Source: Promethearchaeota archaeon
GTDB taxonomy: Archaea > Asgardarchaeota > Lokiarchaeia > Sigyniarchaeales > SOKP01
DNA: 64,000 bases
Direction of reading: 5' to 3'
Assembly (NCBI GenBank): GCA_019058295.1
Contig: JAHPZI010000028.1
Location: 1-64,000 of the forward strand
In this document: positions 10,683 through 20,201 of the stretch, in pieces
Position numbering within the stretch: position 1 is the first letter of the stretch
Layout: each line of letters starts with the position of its first letter
Notes under the pieces: model-generated
The model's input: only the letters and a program-made list of their open reading frames with translations
Told to the model about the DNA's origin: nothing
Databases searched by the model: none
Made by a program: the position numbers and the translations under genes

Positions 10683-11741
10683 ATGGAAACAACCCATCAA
10701 ATATTTTTTAAAAACTCCAACGATATGAGCGAAATTAAATCAAATATAATCGATTTAATAATAACTTCCCCTCCTTATCCGATGATTGAGATGTGGGATT
10801 CCTTATTTTCATCTAATAAAGATATTAAAGATGCACTTCAAGAACAAGATGGAAGGACAGCCTTTAGACTGATGCACGAAGAACTGGATAAAGTTTGGAG
10901 AGAATCTGCAAGGGTATTAAAAGAAGGAGGATTTGTGTGTATTAACGTCGGAGATGCGACAAGAACTATTAATAAAAACTTCCAATTATTTCCAAATCAC
11001 ATTAGAATATCTCAATTTTTCCAGAATAATGGTTTTTTATCATTACCTTGCATATTATGGAGAAAACCAACGAACAGCCCAACTAAATTTATGGGATCAG
11101 GGATGTTGCCTCCAAATGCTTATATAACTCTCGAGCATGAATATATTCTAATACTAAGGAAAGGTGAAAATAAGAGAAAATATCCCCCTAAATCTGAACG
11201 TAGATATAAGAGCGCATATTTTTGGGAAGAACGGAATAAATGGTTTTCAGATATTTGGACTGATCTAAGAGGGACATCTCAGAGCTTAAATAACAATAAA
11301 AAATTGAGAGAAAAATCAGCAGCATTTCCTTTAAAGCTCCCATACAGACTGATTAATATGTTTTCTATTTATGGAGATACTATTTTAGATCCTTTTTGGG
11401 GTACTGGAACGACCTCACTGGCAGCAATGGCTTCAGCTAGGAATTCTATTGGGTATGAGCTTAATCTTGAATTTATGGAAATATTCAAAAAAAATGTGGA
11501 AGAAATCAAGAAATTAACTAATTCTATTAATAATAGTAGAATGATTCAACACATCGAATTCATAAAAGAATTCAAAAAAAAAAATAAGAAGATAAATCAT
11601 AATTCAATAAATTATAAATTCCCCGTTATTACACAACAAGAAAAGAATTTATTACTATATTCCATTAAGAATTGGAATATAGATGGTAATAGTTATCGAA
11701 TAAATCATAAAAAATTTGATTATGACAACATGATTAACTAA
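10683..11741 (+). CDS. site-specific DNA methyltransferase (N4C/N6A, beta class)
   Basis: TSPPY catalytic motif precedes DPFWGTGTT SAM-binding motif. Confidence 0.9.
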   Translation: METTHQIFFKNSNDMSEIKSNIIDLIITSPPYPMIEMWDSLFSSNKDIKDALQEQDGRTAFRLMHEELDKVWRESARVLKEGGFVCINVGDATRTINKNFQLFPNHIRISQFFQNNGFLSLPCILWRKPTNSPTKFMGSGMLPPNAYITLEHEYILILRKGENKRKYPPKSERRYKSAYFWEERNKWFSDIWTDLRGTSQSLNNNKKLREKSAAFPLKLPYRLINMFSIYGDTILDPFWGTGTTSLAAMASARNSIGYELNLEFMEIFKKNVEEIKKLTNSINNSRMIQHIEFIKEFKKKNKKINHNSINYKFPVITQQEKNLLLYSIKNWNIDGNSYRINHKKFDYDNMIN

Positions 11742-11782
11742 TTTAATCTCTTAAAATATTTTAAAAAAAGTAAGTTTTGAAT

Positions 11783-11864
11783 CAAATCCATCCTGCGCAA
11801 CAGTCAATTCATCAAATAACTTTCCATTAATGGGTTTTTTATTTGAATCATTATTTTGGATTTA
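11783..11864 (-). promoter_or_regulatory. candidate eukaryote-type SECIS element in the 3' UTR of 11862-12791
   Basis: Minus strand reads AUGA-U-UCAAAUAA-AAAA-C-CCAU-UA-AUGG-AAAG-UUAUUUGA-U-GA: AUGA/GA core, perfect 8-bp stem, unpaired A-run, apical mini-stem; AAAUCCA/UGGAUUU can form a lower helix. Confidence 0.7.
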
Positions 11865-12791
11865 TTCCTCGCAATCTTGAGCTAGTTGCTGGTTAATCTT
11901 TATAAATCCTGCTTCTTGAATATTTCTCTGATCTGATTTTACTGACCTGTTAACCTGACTTAATTGCTTCATTGCGAATTTTTTGCCTTTTGTAATATTG
12001 TCAATTAATTCCTTTTTACTTAATCCACCACTTATAGTCAATGCTGTTTGAAATGAATGGTCTGGTTCTAAAGTTTTAAATTCAATTTGTAATGCCGAAA
12101 GAATTTCTCCTCCTTCTTGATAGAGGTTATTTGATAAAGTTAATCTTTCTTGATTAATAGCAAAATCTTTAGTTAAAATTGCCTCGTAAGATGTTGGCTT
12201 TGAAATTGTCGAAAAACCCCCATATACACCCGTTTTATCGTATTGATAAATGATATCATTCTCATTATCATACCCAGAAAGATCATCATCAAAGCCCTCT
12301 AGTCCATTAATATCGAAATCGAAGACGAAATACATCGAAAAATCAATTAAATCGAAAATAGAATTATTTTTTAGCGTGAAATATGTATTCATATAAGGGG
12401 CTTGCCCTCGACGGAGAAAAATGTCAAGATATAAACGAATTCGATGTTCTTCTTCTTTTAGTGAAAGATGCTTTAATTTTTTCTTATCAATCATCATATT
12501 TAAATACTCTTTAATATCGAAGTCAAGCGTTATCCTATCAATCGCAGTACCAGTTCGACTATTCACAAGTTGATATATCGGAGTTGGTTCAATATTTTTT
12601 AATATTACTGGTAAAATTCCGATAGATTCTCCTTTTAATTTAAAGCTAAACCACGGTCCAGACAGTGTTGGTTCTGTTAGGTATAATAAGTATTTTTGTT
12701 TGTATTCAATTTCTTTTATTGAAAATCCCATGAGATATCCAGCGGTATTTCAAGTTGCAAAGATTTCATTAAAAGCAACCTTTAAAACTAT
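11862..12791 (-). CDS. hypothetical protein, candidate selenoprotein (309 aa, UGA at codon 14, ATA start)
   Basis: The ORF 11862-12731 continues in frame upstream through TGA (12750-12752) to ATA (12789-12791), 7 nt after GAGGTGA (12799-12805). SECIS-like hairpin follows the stop. The core ORF is confident; the extension is inferred. Confidence 0.7.
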
Positions 12792-12918
12792 CTATTTTTC
12801 ACCTCTTTTAATATTTTAATTTTTGAAAATTTAATCCTAAGTTAATAAAAGATAAAGAATTATTAAATAACTCTAATCATAATTACAATATGAAGTCTGC
12901 GTTTGCTCCTGAAAAAAA

Positions 12919-13899
12919 TTAAAAAACATTTTCTAAATACTTGAAAGCAATATAAAGAAAAGCATCATTCACATTAGCTCCTGTTTTTGCGCTAGTTAAT
13001 ATATAATGGAAGCCATATTCGTCCGCTATATTTTTTATATCTTCCTCGTTTACAGATAAATCCTCTAGATCAGATTTATTACCAACGATTACAACCGGAA
13101 TTCGCTGTTGTACTGTATTCCTAATATCATCAAACCAGACTCTTACACTTTCAAGTGTACTTGGGCGTGTGCGATCCAGTGTTATGAAAGCTGCGTTTGC
13201 TCCCGAGAAAAATCTTTGTCTAAACGGTTGCATTTCTTTTTTTTGACCACCGATATCCCATATAATAAAATTTACTTGAGTATCTTCTGTAATATCCAGT
13301 ACTTTTTTATGAATCTCTACTCCAAGTGTGGATATATATTCATCTGAAAAACTATTTTCGACAAATCTTTTTATCAGTGAGGTTTTTCCAACTTGATAAT
13401 CACCCGTTATAATTAGCTTTGTAGAAAAATCACCTTTAGGGAGTCTTCCGCCCCTAGTCTTTGCAATACTTTTAATACTCGAGGGGATTTCAAGACTAAC
13501 CTCGTTTCCCTCAATTATTTGCTCAATCTTTCCAGCAATATGTTCAGAATAGACTTTTAGCTCAACATCTGTAGTCGATGGATTTGCGACTGTGGTTAAA
13601 ATTGAGTTAGGACCCATGCTAGCAAAGGCAAATTTTTTTTCTCCTATTGAAGTAATGTTTAAAAAATTACTTATTCCAAATTCCTTTTTAAATCTATCAA
13701 TAGAACTATCAATTGCAGCTGAAATAACACCAATAAAAGAATCGCTTTCAGATTCTTCAGATTCTTCCCTGCTTTCGAAAGCAATTATAAATCCGTCCCT
13801 ATCACATATCGCAACTGCTTCAACCCCATCAACATTAATAATGAAATTTCTTAGTAATTCACGAAATAACTTTTCCAATTCTTGATAAAACCCTTTCAA
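12919..13899 (-). CDS. Roadblock/LC7-domain - Rab-like small GTPase fusion
   Basis: N-terminal roadblock pattern (VDGVEAVAICDRDGFII); C-terminal GDYQVGKT, STLGVE, WDIGGQ, NKSD, SAK. Confidence 0.9.
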   Translation of the reverse strand: MKGFYQELEKLFRELLRNFIINVDGVEAVAICDRDGFIIAFESREESEESESDSFIGVISAAIDSSIDRFKKEFGISNFLNITSIGEKKFAFASMGPNSILTTVANPSTTDVELKVYSEHIAGKIEQIIEGNEVSLEIPSSIKSIAKTRGGRLPKGDFSTKLIITGDYQVGKTSLIKRFVENSFSDEYISTLGVEIHKKVLDITEDTQVNFIIWDIGGQKKEMQPFRQRFFSGANAAFITLDRTRPSTLESVRVWFDDIRNTVQQRIPVVIVGNKSDLEDLSVNEEDIKNIADEYGFHYILTSAKTGANVNDAFLYIAFKYLENVF

Positions 13900-14035
13900 T
13901 GTAATTATATTGTTAAAAATAATATTATCTTTAACTTTTTTAAATATATTTATTAAAAATATTTTAATTTGGATAAATTTATGCTGTAATATTGATATGG
14001 ATATTGTTATTAAATAATATATTTAACATATCACC

Positions 14036-14227
14036 ATGCTATATCATTTTATATCTTTTTCTTATTGCTTACCATTTATGATAGAAAATAATTTACGAAA
14101 TGAACCTAACTTAGCAAAATTAATAGATCGTGCTATGAGTCTATTTAGGGAGATAGATCTTACAGAACTTGCAGAAAAATGGGAAAAAATTCTTAAAAAT
14201 TATAATAGACAAAACATGGTAAGATAG
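14036..14227 (+). CDS. small hypothetical protein or gene remnant
   Basis: Only ORF in a ~430-bp gap; amphipathic helical C-terminal half; no recognisable motif. Confidence 0.35.
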   Translation: MLYHFISFSYCLPFMIENNLRNEPNLAKLIDRAMSLFREIDLTELAEKWEKILKNYNRQNMVR

Positions 14228-14334
14228 ATTGTTTCCAAATTTAGTTAGTATTTTATATTTTACTAATTATAATTTTTACATCGAGGAGAATGAAAAAAAA
14301 AAATATAATTTAAATAATTTTTAAATGAAATATT

Positions 14335-15540
14335 TTATTTAGTTTTGCTTTTTTCTTTGGCTGCTTTCTTTTCTGCTTCTCTTTCTTCTTTTTCTCTAGC
14401 TTTTCTTACTTTTTCAACCTGCTTTTTGCTTGTTTTTACATGTTTCTTCTTTAATTTAACTCTTTTTCTCTGTTTCTTCATCGCGCCGTATTTAGCGATT
14501 CCAACAATAGCCATTACAATCATTAAAGGTATTACGAGATAGAATATCGCGACACCTTTCATTGCTGTTAATTGACCACCAGGTAGTAAATAATCAGAAT
14601 ATTCATATGCAGCCTTAGCAAATATCAACCAGATTAAAATAGCATCTGAATTAATTACTTTTAATTTTTCACCAATAAGTTCAGCTTTTTTTCCCACAAG
14701 TCCTCCAATTGAAACTAGCAAAATGAACATATCAAAAGCAAACATGACAATCCTAGTAATTAATATTGGTAGTGTGCCACCTCCCTGTACTGTGAATAAT
14801 GCAGTTATCATTAAAAAAGAAACATATCCGCCAATAAAAATGAAGTAAATACCAAGCCACGCATTAAATTTTCCTGTAATAAGTGTAATTATAATTGTGG
14901 TACCTACAAGAACAAAGATCATCAAAATAGTAATTATTGGCATCCAATACAACATAAATCTTAATGATGGGTGTACATCCTCCTTTGGTTGTAATGGAGC
15001 TTGTCCTGCTATTATATTAGGGGCAAATAATATTAAAAAAATACTTATAAGAGCGCCTAATAAGAATAATCCCCACCGCACAAAAAAAGCAACTCCTTTA
15101 GGAGCTTTGTAAACTTTATCGTCGAATTGAACTCCTTTTTCAAAACAAAAATACATCGCAAATAAAGCAGTGATGAAAATATAAGAAAATATTGAAACAA
15201 CGAACATCAAGGACGTAAATAGATCAATCATAGTAAAAAAAACGTAATATCCAAAGAACCAATAAATAAAAATAGCAATTATAAAAAAACCGAGAGCTTT
15301 ACCTATGTTTTTCCATGAAATTTTTCTGACCTCTCCGCGAAATAATGCTGTGTAGAGAAATAATACTAAGCAAAGGAATAGCAGCGGTAAAAACATTAAT
15401 TGTGCAAACAAGACCATCCTAGGAACACCCGTTAAGTTCGCAAAGTATAGTGTACTGAATCCCGTGATTAACCAAATAACTAAAACCAAGAAAATAATAT
15501 TTCTTTTTTTAAAAAGCTGTCCCAAGTCCCCAAGTCCCAT
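14335..15540 (-). CDS. polytopic membrane protein with Lys/Glu-rich cytoplasmic tail
   Basis: About 10 hydrophobic segments; charged coiled-coil C-terminus. Confidence 0.8.
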   Translation of the reverse strand: MGLGDLGQLFKKRNIIFLVLVIWLITGFSTLYFANLTGVPRMVLFAQLMFLPLLFLCLVLFLYTALFRGEVRKISWKNIGKALGFFIIAIFIYWFFGYYVFFTMIDLFTSLMFVVSIFSYIFITALFAMYFCFEKGVQFDDKVYKAPKGVAFFVRWGLFLLGALISIFLILFAPNIIAGQAPLQPKEDVHPSLRFMLYWMPIITILMIFVLVGTTIIITLITGKFNAWLGIYFIFIGGYVSFLMITALFTVQGGGTLPILITRIVMFAFDMFILLVSIGGLVGKKAELIGEKLKVINSDAILIWLIFAKAAYEYSDYLLPGGQLTAMKGVAIFYLVIPLMIVMAIVGIAKYGAMKKQRKRVKLKKKHVKTSKKQVEKVRKAREKEEREAEKKAAKEKSKTK

Positions 15541-15681
15541 TATAGATCATCTTATATCGTAAAAGGTTTTAAATCTTTAAAAACTATAAAGAAATTTAAT
15601 TGTATAATTGTATATAATTTTAAAAGTTTACATTTCAAAAAATAAATTATAATTAGTAATTTAATTTTTTATCAATACTTC

Positions 15682-16257
15682 TTAAAGTACGCCTTTAGTA
15701 GAGGGTATCTCGTCTGAAACGACCGTTTTTGCGATTTTTATCGCTCTGGCAAGAGCTTTGAAGGCAGCTTCAACGATATGATGTTGATCTTCACCATAAA
15801 GAACTTTGATATGTAGGTTCATTTTAGCATTTTCTGCGAAGGAATTAAAAAAATGGCGAATGTCTTCTATGGCAACATCTTCTATATCACATTCCTCATT
15901 CAATTTTAAATCCAAGACCAAAGCCTTACGACCACTAAAATCAAGTGCACACCTGGCTAACGATTCATCCATTGGAATAAGTGCTGACCCATATCTATTT
16001 ATTCCTCTCTTATCTCCTAACGCTTTCAAAAAACATTCTCCTAAAGTTATCCCTATGTCTTCAATCGTGTGATGGGTTAAGTCTCCTGTTGCCCTTACTT
16101 TGAGATCGATACCGGAGTGTCGAGTCAATAAAACTAGCATGTGATCCATGAATTTATAGCTTGTGCTAATATCATTTTTGCCAGATCCATCTAAATCTAA
16201 TTCGATAGTTATTTCAGTTTCAGTGGTATTTCTTGTTAGATGTGCGGTTCTTCCCAT
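15682..16257 (-). CDS. hisB: imidazoleglycerol-phosphate dehydratase
   Basis: R.TTET, FMDHML, HHTIED, PMDESLA, HHIVEAAFKA, PSTKGVL; an alternative ATG lies at 16272. Confidence 0.95.
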   Translation of the reverse strand: MGRTAHLTRNTTETEITIELDLDGSGKNDISTSYKFMDHMLVLLTRHSGIDLKVRATGDLTHHTIEDIGITLGECFLKALGDKRGINRYGSALIPMDESLARCALDFSGRKALVLDLKLNEECDIEDVAIEDIRHFFNSFAENAKMNLHIKVLYGEDQHHIVEAAFKALARAIKIAKTVVSDEIPSTKGVL

Positions 16258-16304
16258 TTTTATCAATCTCATTCTTTTTTTATTATATTAATATAGTTAA
16301 ATCA

Positions 16305-18245
16305 TCAAATTAAATTTTTCATAAAATTCGAGATGTATTTTTTATTTAATTCAGAAATTTGATAAATTTTATAAACAAGAACATCAATTTTGCTTTCTAA
16401 TGTATCTCGATTCACATCATTTTCGGAAATTAATTTGACATTTTTAGCGATGTCTGACGCAATTTTTCTTTCTTCTATGGATTCTGGAATTTTTATTGGT
16501 AGATTTTTTATCTTTTCAATTAAAATTCTTGGAAATAATTTTTTATATGAGCCAAATGATTTTATAAAAAAATATGATAATAACTGAGAGTTGATTAATC
16601 CTAAAAGATAATAATTGTCGAATTCAGGATTAGGTGATTGAATTATTTTCAAATTATAAAATGATTGAGAAGTTAAGGATAATTCATCATCATAAGCTGC
16701 ACAGATGAGATTATTTTGGCTTAATTGTCTAATAATGATACGATCTTCATATAAGCTTAAATCTTTATAATTGATTCCTTTCTTTTTTATATTAATGTTT
16801 TTATATTCTTTTGTCCGATATCGATTAATCGAATATAAAAATGGTTTAAAATCTTCTTTTAAATTTTCAGGAATATTATGATGAATTATATTCTCGATAG
16901 CATTTTGGTTTAACAAGCTTTCACATTCTCTACATTTTAATTTATTTTTAGGAAGGGGGTAATACTTCTTACAAGTATCACAATAAATAATCTTACCGGA
17001 TTTACTTAATTCTACTCCTCTGCTTAGAGATATTTTGAATCCATCGCTTCTCATTAAATCCTCCAATTTAGGAAAATTATGATTAAGGATATTGAGAACT
17101 GCTCTATCTGTATCATTTAAATTAATTAAAAATTTATAATCCCATTTTTCTAAATAATTTTGCTGAATCATTCTTGGGGTGCTATATTTAGACATGGGTA
17201 TGCTGATTTTAATTACGTTTTCATGTCTCTCTTTTTTAGCTCTTTCCTTTTGTAATATTAATATTATATTAGAAACGATAGGGTCGTCAAATTTTGGACC
17301 TGTATGATATATTTCTTTAATTTTTGTAATGTTTTTAATATAGTTTCTAATAACTGCTCGATTTGATAATACTAAAAGCGAATCTGGGACTATATATCCT
17401 AAATAACCGCTATTGTTTAATAGCCGAATTCCAAGCTCTATAAATAACTGATAATAATCATATTGTCCTATATTTGTCTCAAAGTCTCCACTTTCAATAA
17501 GTGCCCTTATTTCTGAAGGTATATCTCTAATAAAAATATAGGGGGGATTTCCAACAACATAATCAAATTTCTGCCTGTGAAAATCTATTGGAAATTTTGA
17601 TTGAGTTAAAGTCAATGCGTTTAAATTATAGACTTTAAAGAATGGTAACTGATACTCTTTTTCCTGTTCTTTTATTACTTTATAAATCTTAAATAAACAA
17701 TTATGTATATTAATCTGACATAAAATACAAGCAATTGGGTTTATATCTACACCATAAATATTTTCTTTAACCTTTAAAATTAGATCTTTTCCTTCATTAA
17801 GCGAAAAATCATTCAGATTTGGTTTATCAAGGTTTTTTTTAAACTGATTAATTAAAATATTAATAGATTGAATAATAAAACTTCCAGAACCACAGCTAAT
17901 ATCAATAAGTTTTTTGTCATCTATATGACTTTCCGAATAATATCCAACAGCATTTAATATATAATCAACTATGAATAAAGGAGTAAAAAATTCTCCTAAA
18001 CTTTTTCTAACTTCATATTTTAGACTTTTTTCGTAAATTTTTCCTATTATATCTAAATTTGAATCAGAATTATTAATCTCTTTTGATTCAGGAATATTTT
18101 CTTTTAAATCATCGGAATTAAATAAATGTTCAACAACTTCTTTAACGGAATCTCTATCTTTTTCACTTTTTAGATTTCTTCTATAATATTCAATTAGTTT
18201 TACGATTAAATTTTCCTTTTTCAAATAATCTATAAAATCTTTCAT
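16305..18245 (-). CDS. N6-adenine DNA methyltransferase (gamma class, Eco57I/TaqI-like) with C-terminal target recognition domain
   Basis: GEFFTP, DISCGSGSF, GNPPY, LLGLINS (TaqI_C-like); CxxC...CxxC insert. Confidence 0.88.
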   Translation of the reverse strand: MKDFIDYLKKENLIVKLIEYYRRNLKSEKDRDSVKEVVEHLFNSDDLKENIPESKEINNSDSNLDIIGKIYEKSLKYEVRKSLGEFFTPLFIVDYILNAVGYYSESHIDDKKLIDISCGSGSFIIQSINILINQFKKNLDKPNLNDFSLNEGKDLILKVKENIYGVDINPIACILCQINIHNCLFKIYKVIKEQEKEYQLPFFKVYNLNALTLTQSKFPIDFHRQKFDYVVGNPPYIFIRDIPSEIRALIESGDFETNIGQYDYYQLFIELGIRLLNNSGYLGYIVPDSLLVLSNRAVIRNYIKNITKIKEIYHTGPKFDDPIVSNIILILQKERAKKERHENVIKISIPMSKYSTPRMIQQNYLEKWDYKFLINLNDTDRAVLNILNHNFPKLEDLMRSDGFKISLSRGVELSKSGKIIYCDTCKKYYPLPKNKLKCRECESLLNQNAIENIIHHNIPENLKEDFKPFLYSINRYRTKEYKNINIKKKGINYKDLSLYEDRIIIRQLSQNNLICAAYDDELSLTSQSFYNLKIIQSPNPEFDNYYLLGLINSQLLSYFFIKSFGSYKKLFPRILIEKIKNLPIKIPESIEERKIASDIAKNVKLISENDVNRDTLESKIDVLVYKIYQISELNKKYISNFMKNLI

Positions 18246-18364
18246 AAAAGAACAAAATTTAATGATTCTATCTCAAAAATAAGTTTTAAGATTATTTCTT
18301 TTTTATTATTTGCTTTTTAATAACCTCAATAAATCTTTTTAGAAATATTGGGTTCTTAAAAATT

Positions 18365-18871
18365 ATGGAAATTACAAAGAGAGAGTTATACAATTTTAAA
18401 GATCGTAAACTTCCAGAAAAAATATGTTTTAAACCTATTGGGATAATTCATACCGAATTTAAAACCTTAAAGGGAATTCCTATTCAATTCTCTCAATCTG
18501 ATTCAATAGGAACAATCGAAATATTTCATGATTATGAGCCGGCATTAAAAGATCTAGATGGATTTTCTCATATTTATTGCCTTTATTTTTTTGATATGGT
18601 TAAACCACCCGTTCCTCTTCAATCTAAGCCCTTTTTAATTGATGAAATAAAAGGAGTGTTCGCAATTCGAACTCCTTTTCGTCCTAATCCAATTGGTCTC
18701 TCAATTCTTGAAATTTTAGAAATTAAAGGCAATCTGATACAAGTTAAAAATATAGATATTTTAGATAGAACTCCAATATTAGACATTAAACCATATATCC
18801 CTCAGTTTGATTCCAGAGAGACTAATAAAATTGGATGGCTTCACGGAAAAATTAAGAAAAAAACAAGTTAA
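18365..18871 (+). CDS. tsaA: tRNA (N6-threonylcarbamoyladenosine(37)-N6)-methyltransferase TrmO/TsaA family
   Basis: PIGIIH, L.DLDGFSH, GVFAIRTPFRPNPIGLS, TPILDIKPY. Confidence 0.88.
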   Translation: MEITKRELYNFKDRKLPEKICFKPIGIIHTEFKTLKGIPIQFSQSDSIGTIEIFHDYEPALKDLDGFSHIYCLYFFDMVKPPVPLQSKPFLIDEIKGVFAIRTPFRPNPIGLSILEILEIKGNLIQVKNIDILDRTPILDIKPYIPQFDSRETNKIGWLHGKIKKKTS

Positions 18872-18972
18872 TCTTTCTTTTCAAAAAGAACAATATTTAT
18901 ATATTAAAATAAGATATATGAATCTTGTTTAAGAATTGGGAATTCAACCTTATTTAAAATTTAGTATTTAAT

Positions 18973-20088
18973 ATGATTATTACTATAATTCTTATTTTCA
19001 TCTCAACAACGATTTCTATTATTGGAATTATTTATGGTCTAACCCATCGTGAAATTTATGGAAGTAAAATTAGTGTATATTTGAACAATTCATTATTTCT
19101 TTTCTTTGGAATCTCATTTTTTACTTTTTTTACTTTATCTTCTAATATATATTTAAGTAAAGAGATTGCATTAATAATATGGAATATATCATTAATAATT
19201 TGGTTAATTTCAGTAGCATTGCTAAATGCAGCTCATTCATTTGCAATAGAACATAAAAAGATAATAACTTTTTCTACTTTTGTTTATTCATTTTTAGGAG
19301 GGATAAGTGTTGTTTTATTACTTTCTCCAGACTCAATTAAGATAATTCAAGAAGAAAATAATTACGTTTTTATTTTTCAAAATTTTCATCTATTAATGTT
19401 TATTATAATATACAATAGTAGTGCAATAATCTTCATGGCTCATCGTTATATTCGAAATTTATCTAATTTTCGCGATAAAAAATCAAGTATTTCATTAATG
19501 ATACTAACCATTCCATTTTCTTATTTAATTATTATTTACTCAATATTTCTTATAACTCAAAATATTTTTGTTAAAAATCTTTATTTGCTTTCTTATTTAA
19601 TATGTTTGATTTTGGCATTCTATATGATTGCAAAAAGACCTTCTCTATTTTTTGAACTTACTAATAGAATCTATAATTTCATAATTTTCCATAAAAGTGG
19701 GCTACTTTTATATTCATATAATTTTGAAACAGGTAAAGAGGGTGTAGATTCCTTCTTAAAGGGACCTATATTAATAGGAATTTCGCATATTCTCTCAAAC
19801 TTCGCAGATAAAAAAGAACAATTAAATCTTCTTAAAATGGAGGATTTAGATATAGTTTTTGAATATGATAATAAATTTGGTTATGCTGTATTGTTAATAA
19901 CAAATCGTAAAAGTTCTATTATTGAAAAAGGAGTACAGAAATTTATGGTAAAATTTTCTGAGCTAAATAAAGAGAATTTAATCGAGATTACTAATTCCAG
20001 CAAATTAATTGATATCTCAAAATTTAAAAATGCAAAGGAAATTATTAATGAATATTTTAATCCTTATCTTATAAGACAAATTGAGTGA
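18973..20088 (+). CDS. 7-TM membrane protein with C-terminal longin-like domain
   Basis: Seven hydrophobic segments, then IIFHKSGLLLYSYNF...ILIGISHIL...FGYAVLLI pattern. Confidence 0.7.
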   Translation: MIITIILIFISTTISIIGIIYGLTHREIYGSKISVYLNNSLFLFFGISFFTFFTLSSNIYLSKEIALIIWNISLIIWLISVALLNAAHSFAIEHKKIITFSTFVYSFLGGISVVLLLSPDSIKIIQEENNYVFIFQNFHLLMFIIIYNSSAIIFMAHRYIRNLSNFRDKKSSISLMILTIPFSYLIIIYSIFLITQNIFVKNLYLLSYLICLILAFYMIAKRPSLFFELTNRIYNFIIFHKSGLLLYSYNFETGKEGVDSFLKGPILIGISHILSNFADKKEQLNLLKMEDLDIVFEYDNKFGYAVLLITNRKSSIIEKGVQKFMVKFSELNKENLIEITNSSKLIDISKFKNAKEIINEYFNPYLIRQIE

Positions 20089-20201
20089 AATTCTCAATTA
20101 AAAAAACTGTCCATCTTTATTTTTTAATATAATTATTTGTAGAAAAGTCTTCATTTAGATAAAAATTTAAATAAGGATTTGCATAATAGTTATGTTAAAC
20201 A

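Noticed and set aside
12716-12769. Out-of-frame ATG uORF (MKSLQLEIPLDISWDFQ) overlapping the start of the UGA-containing gene, as an alternative frameshift explanation
   Set aside because: The SD is positioned for the ATA at 12791, not this ATG, and the UGA plus SECIS reading explains the region without a frameshift.
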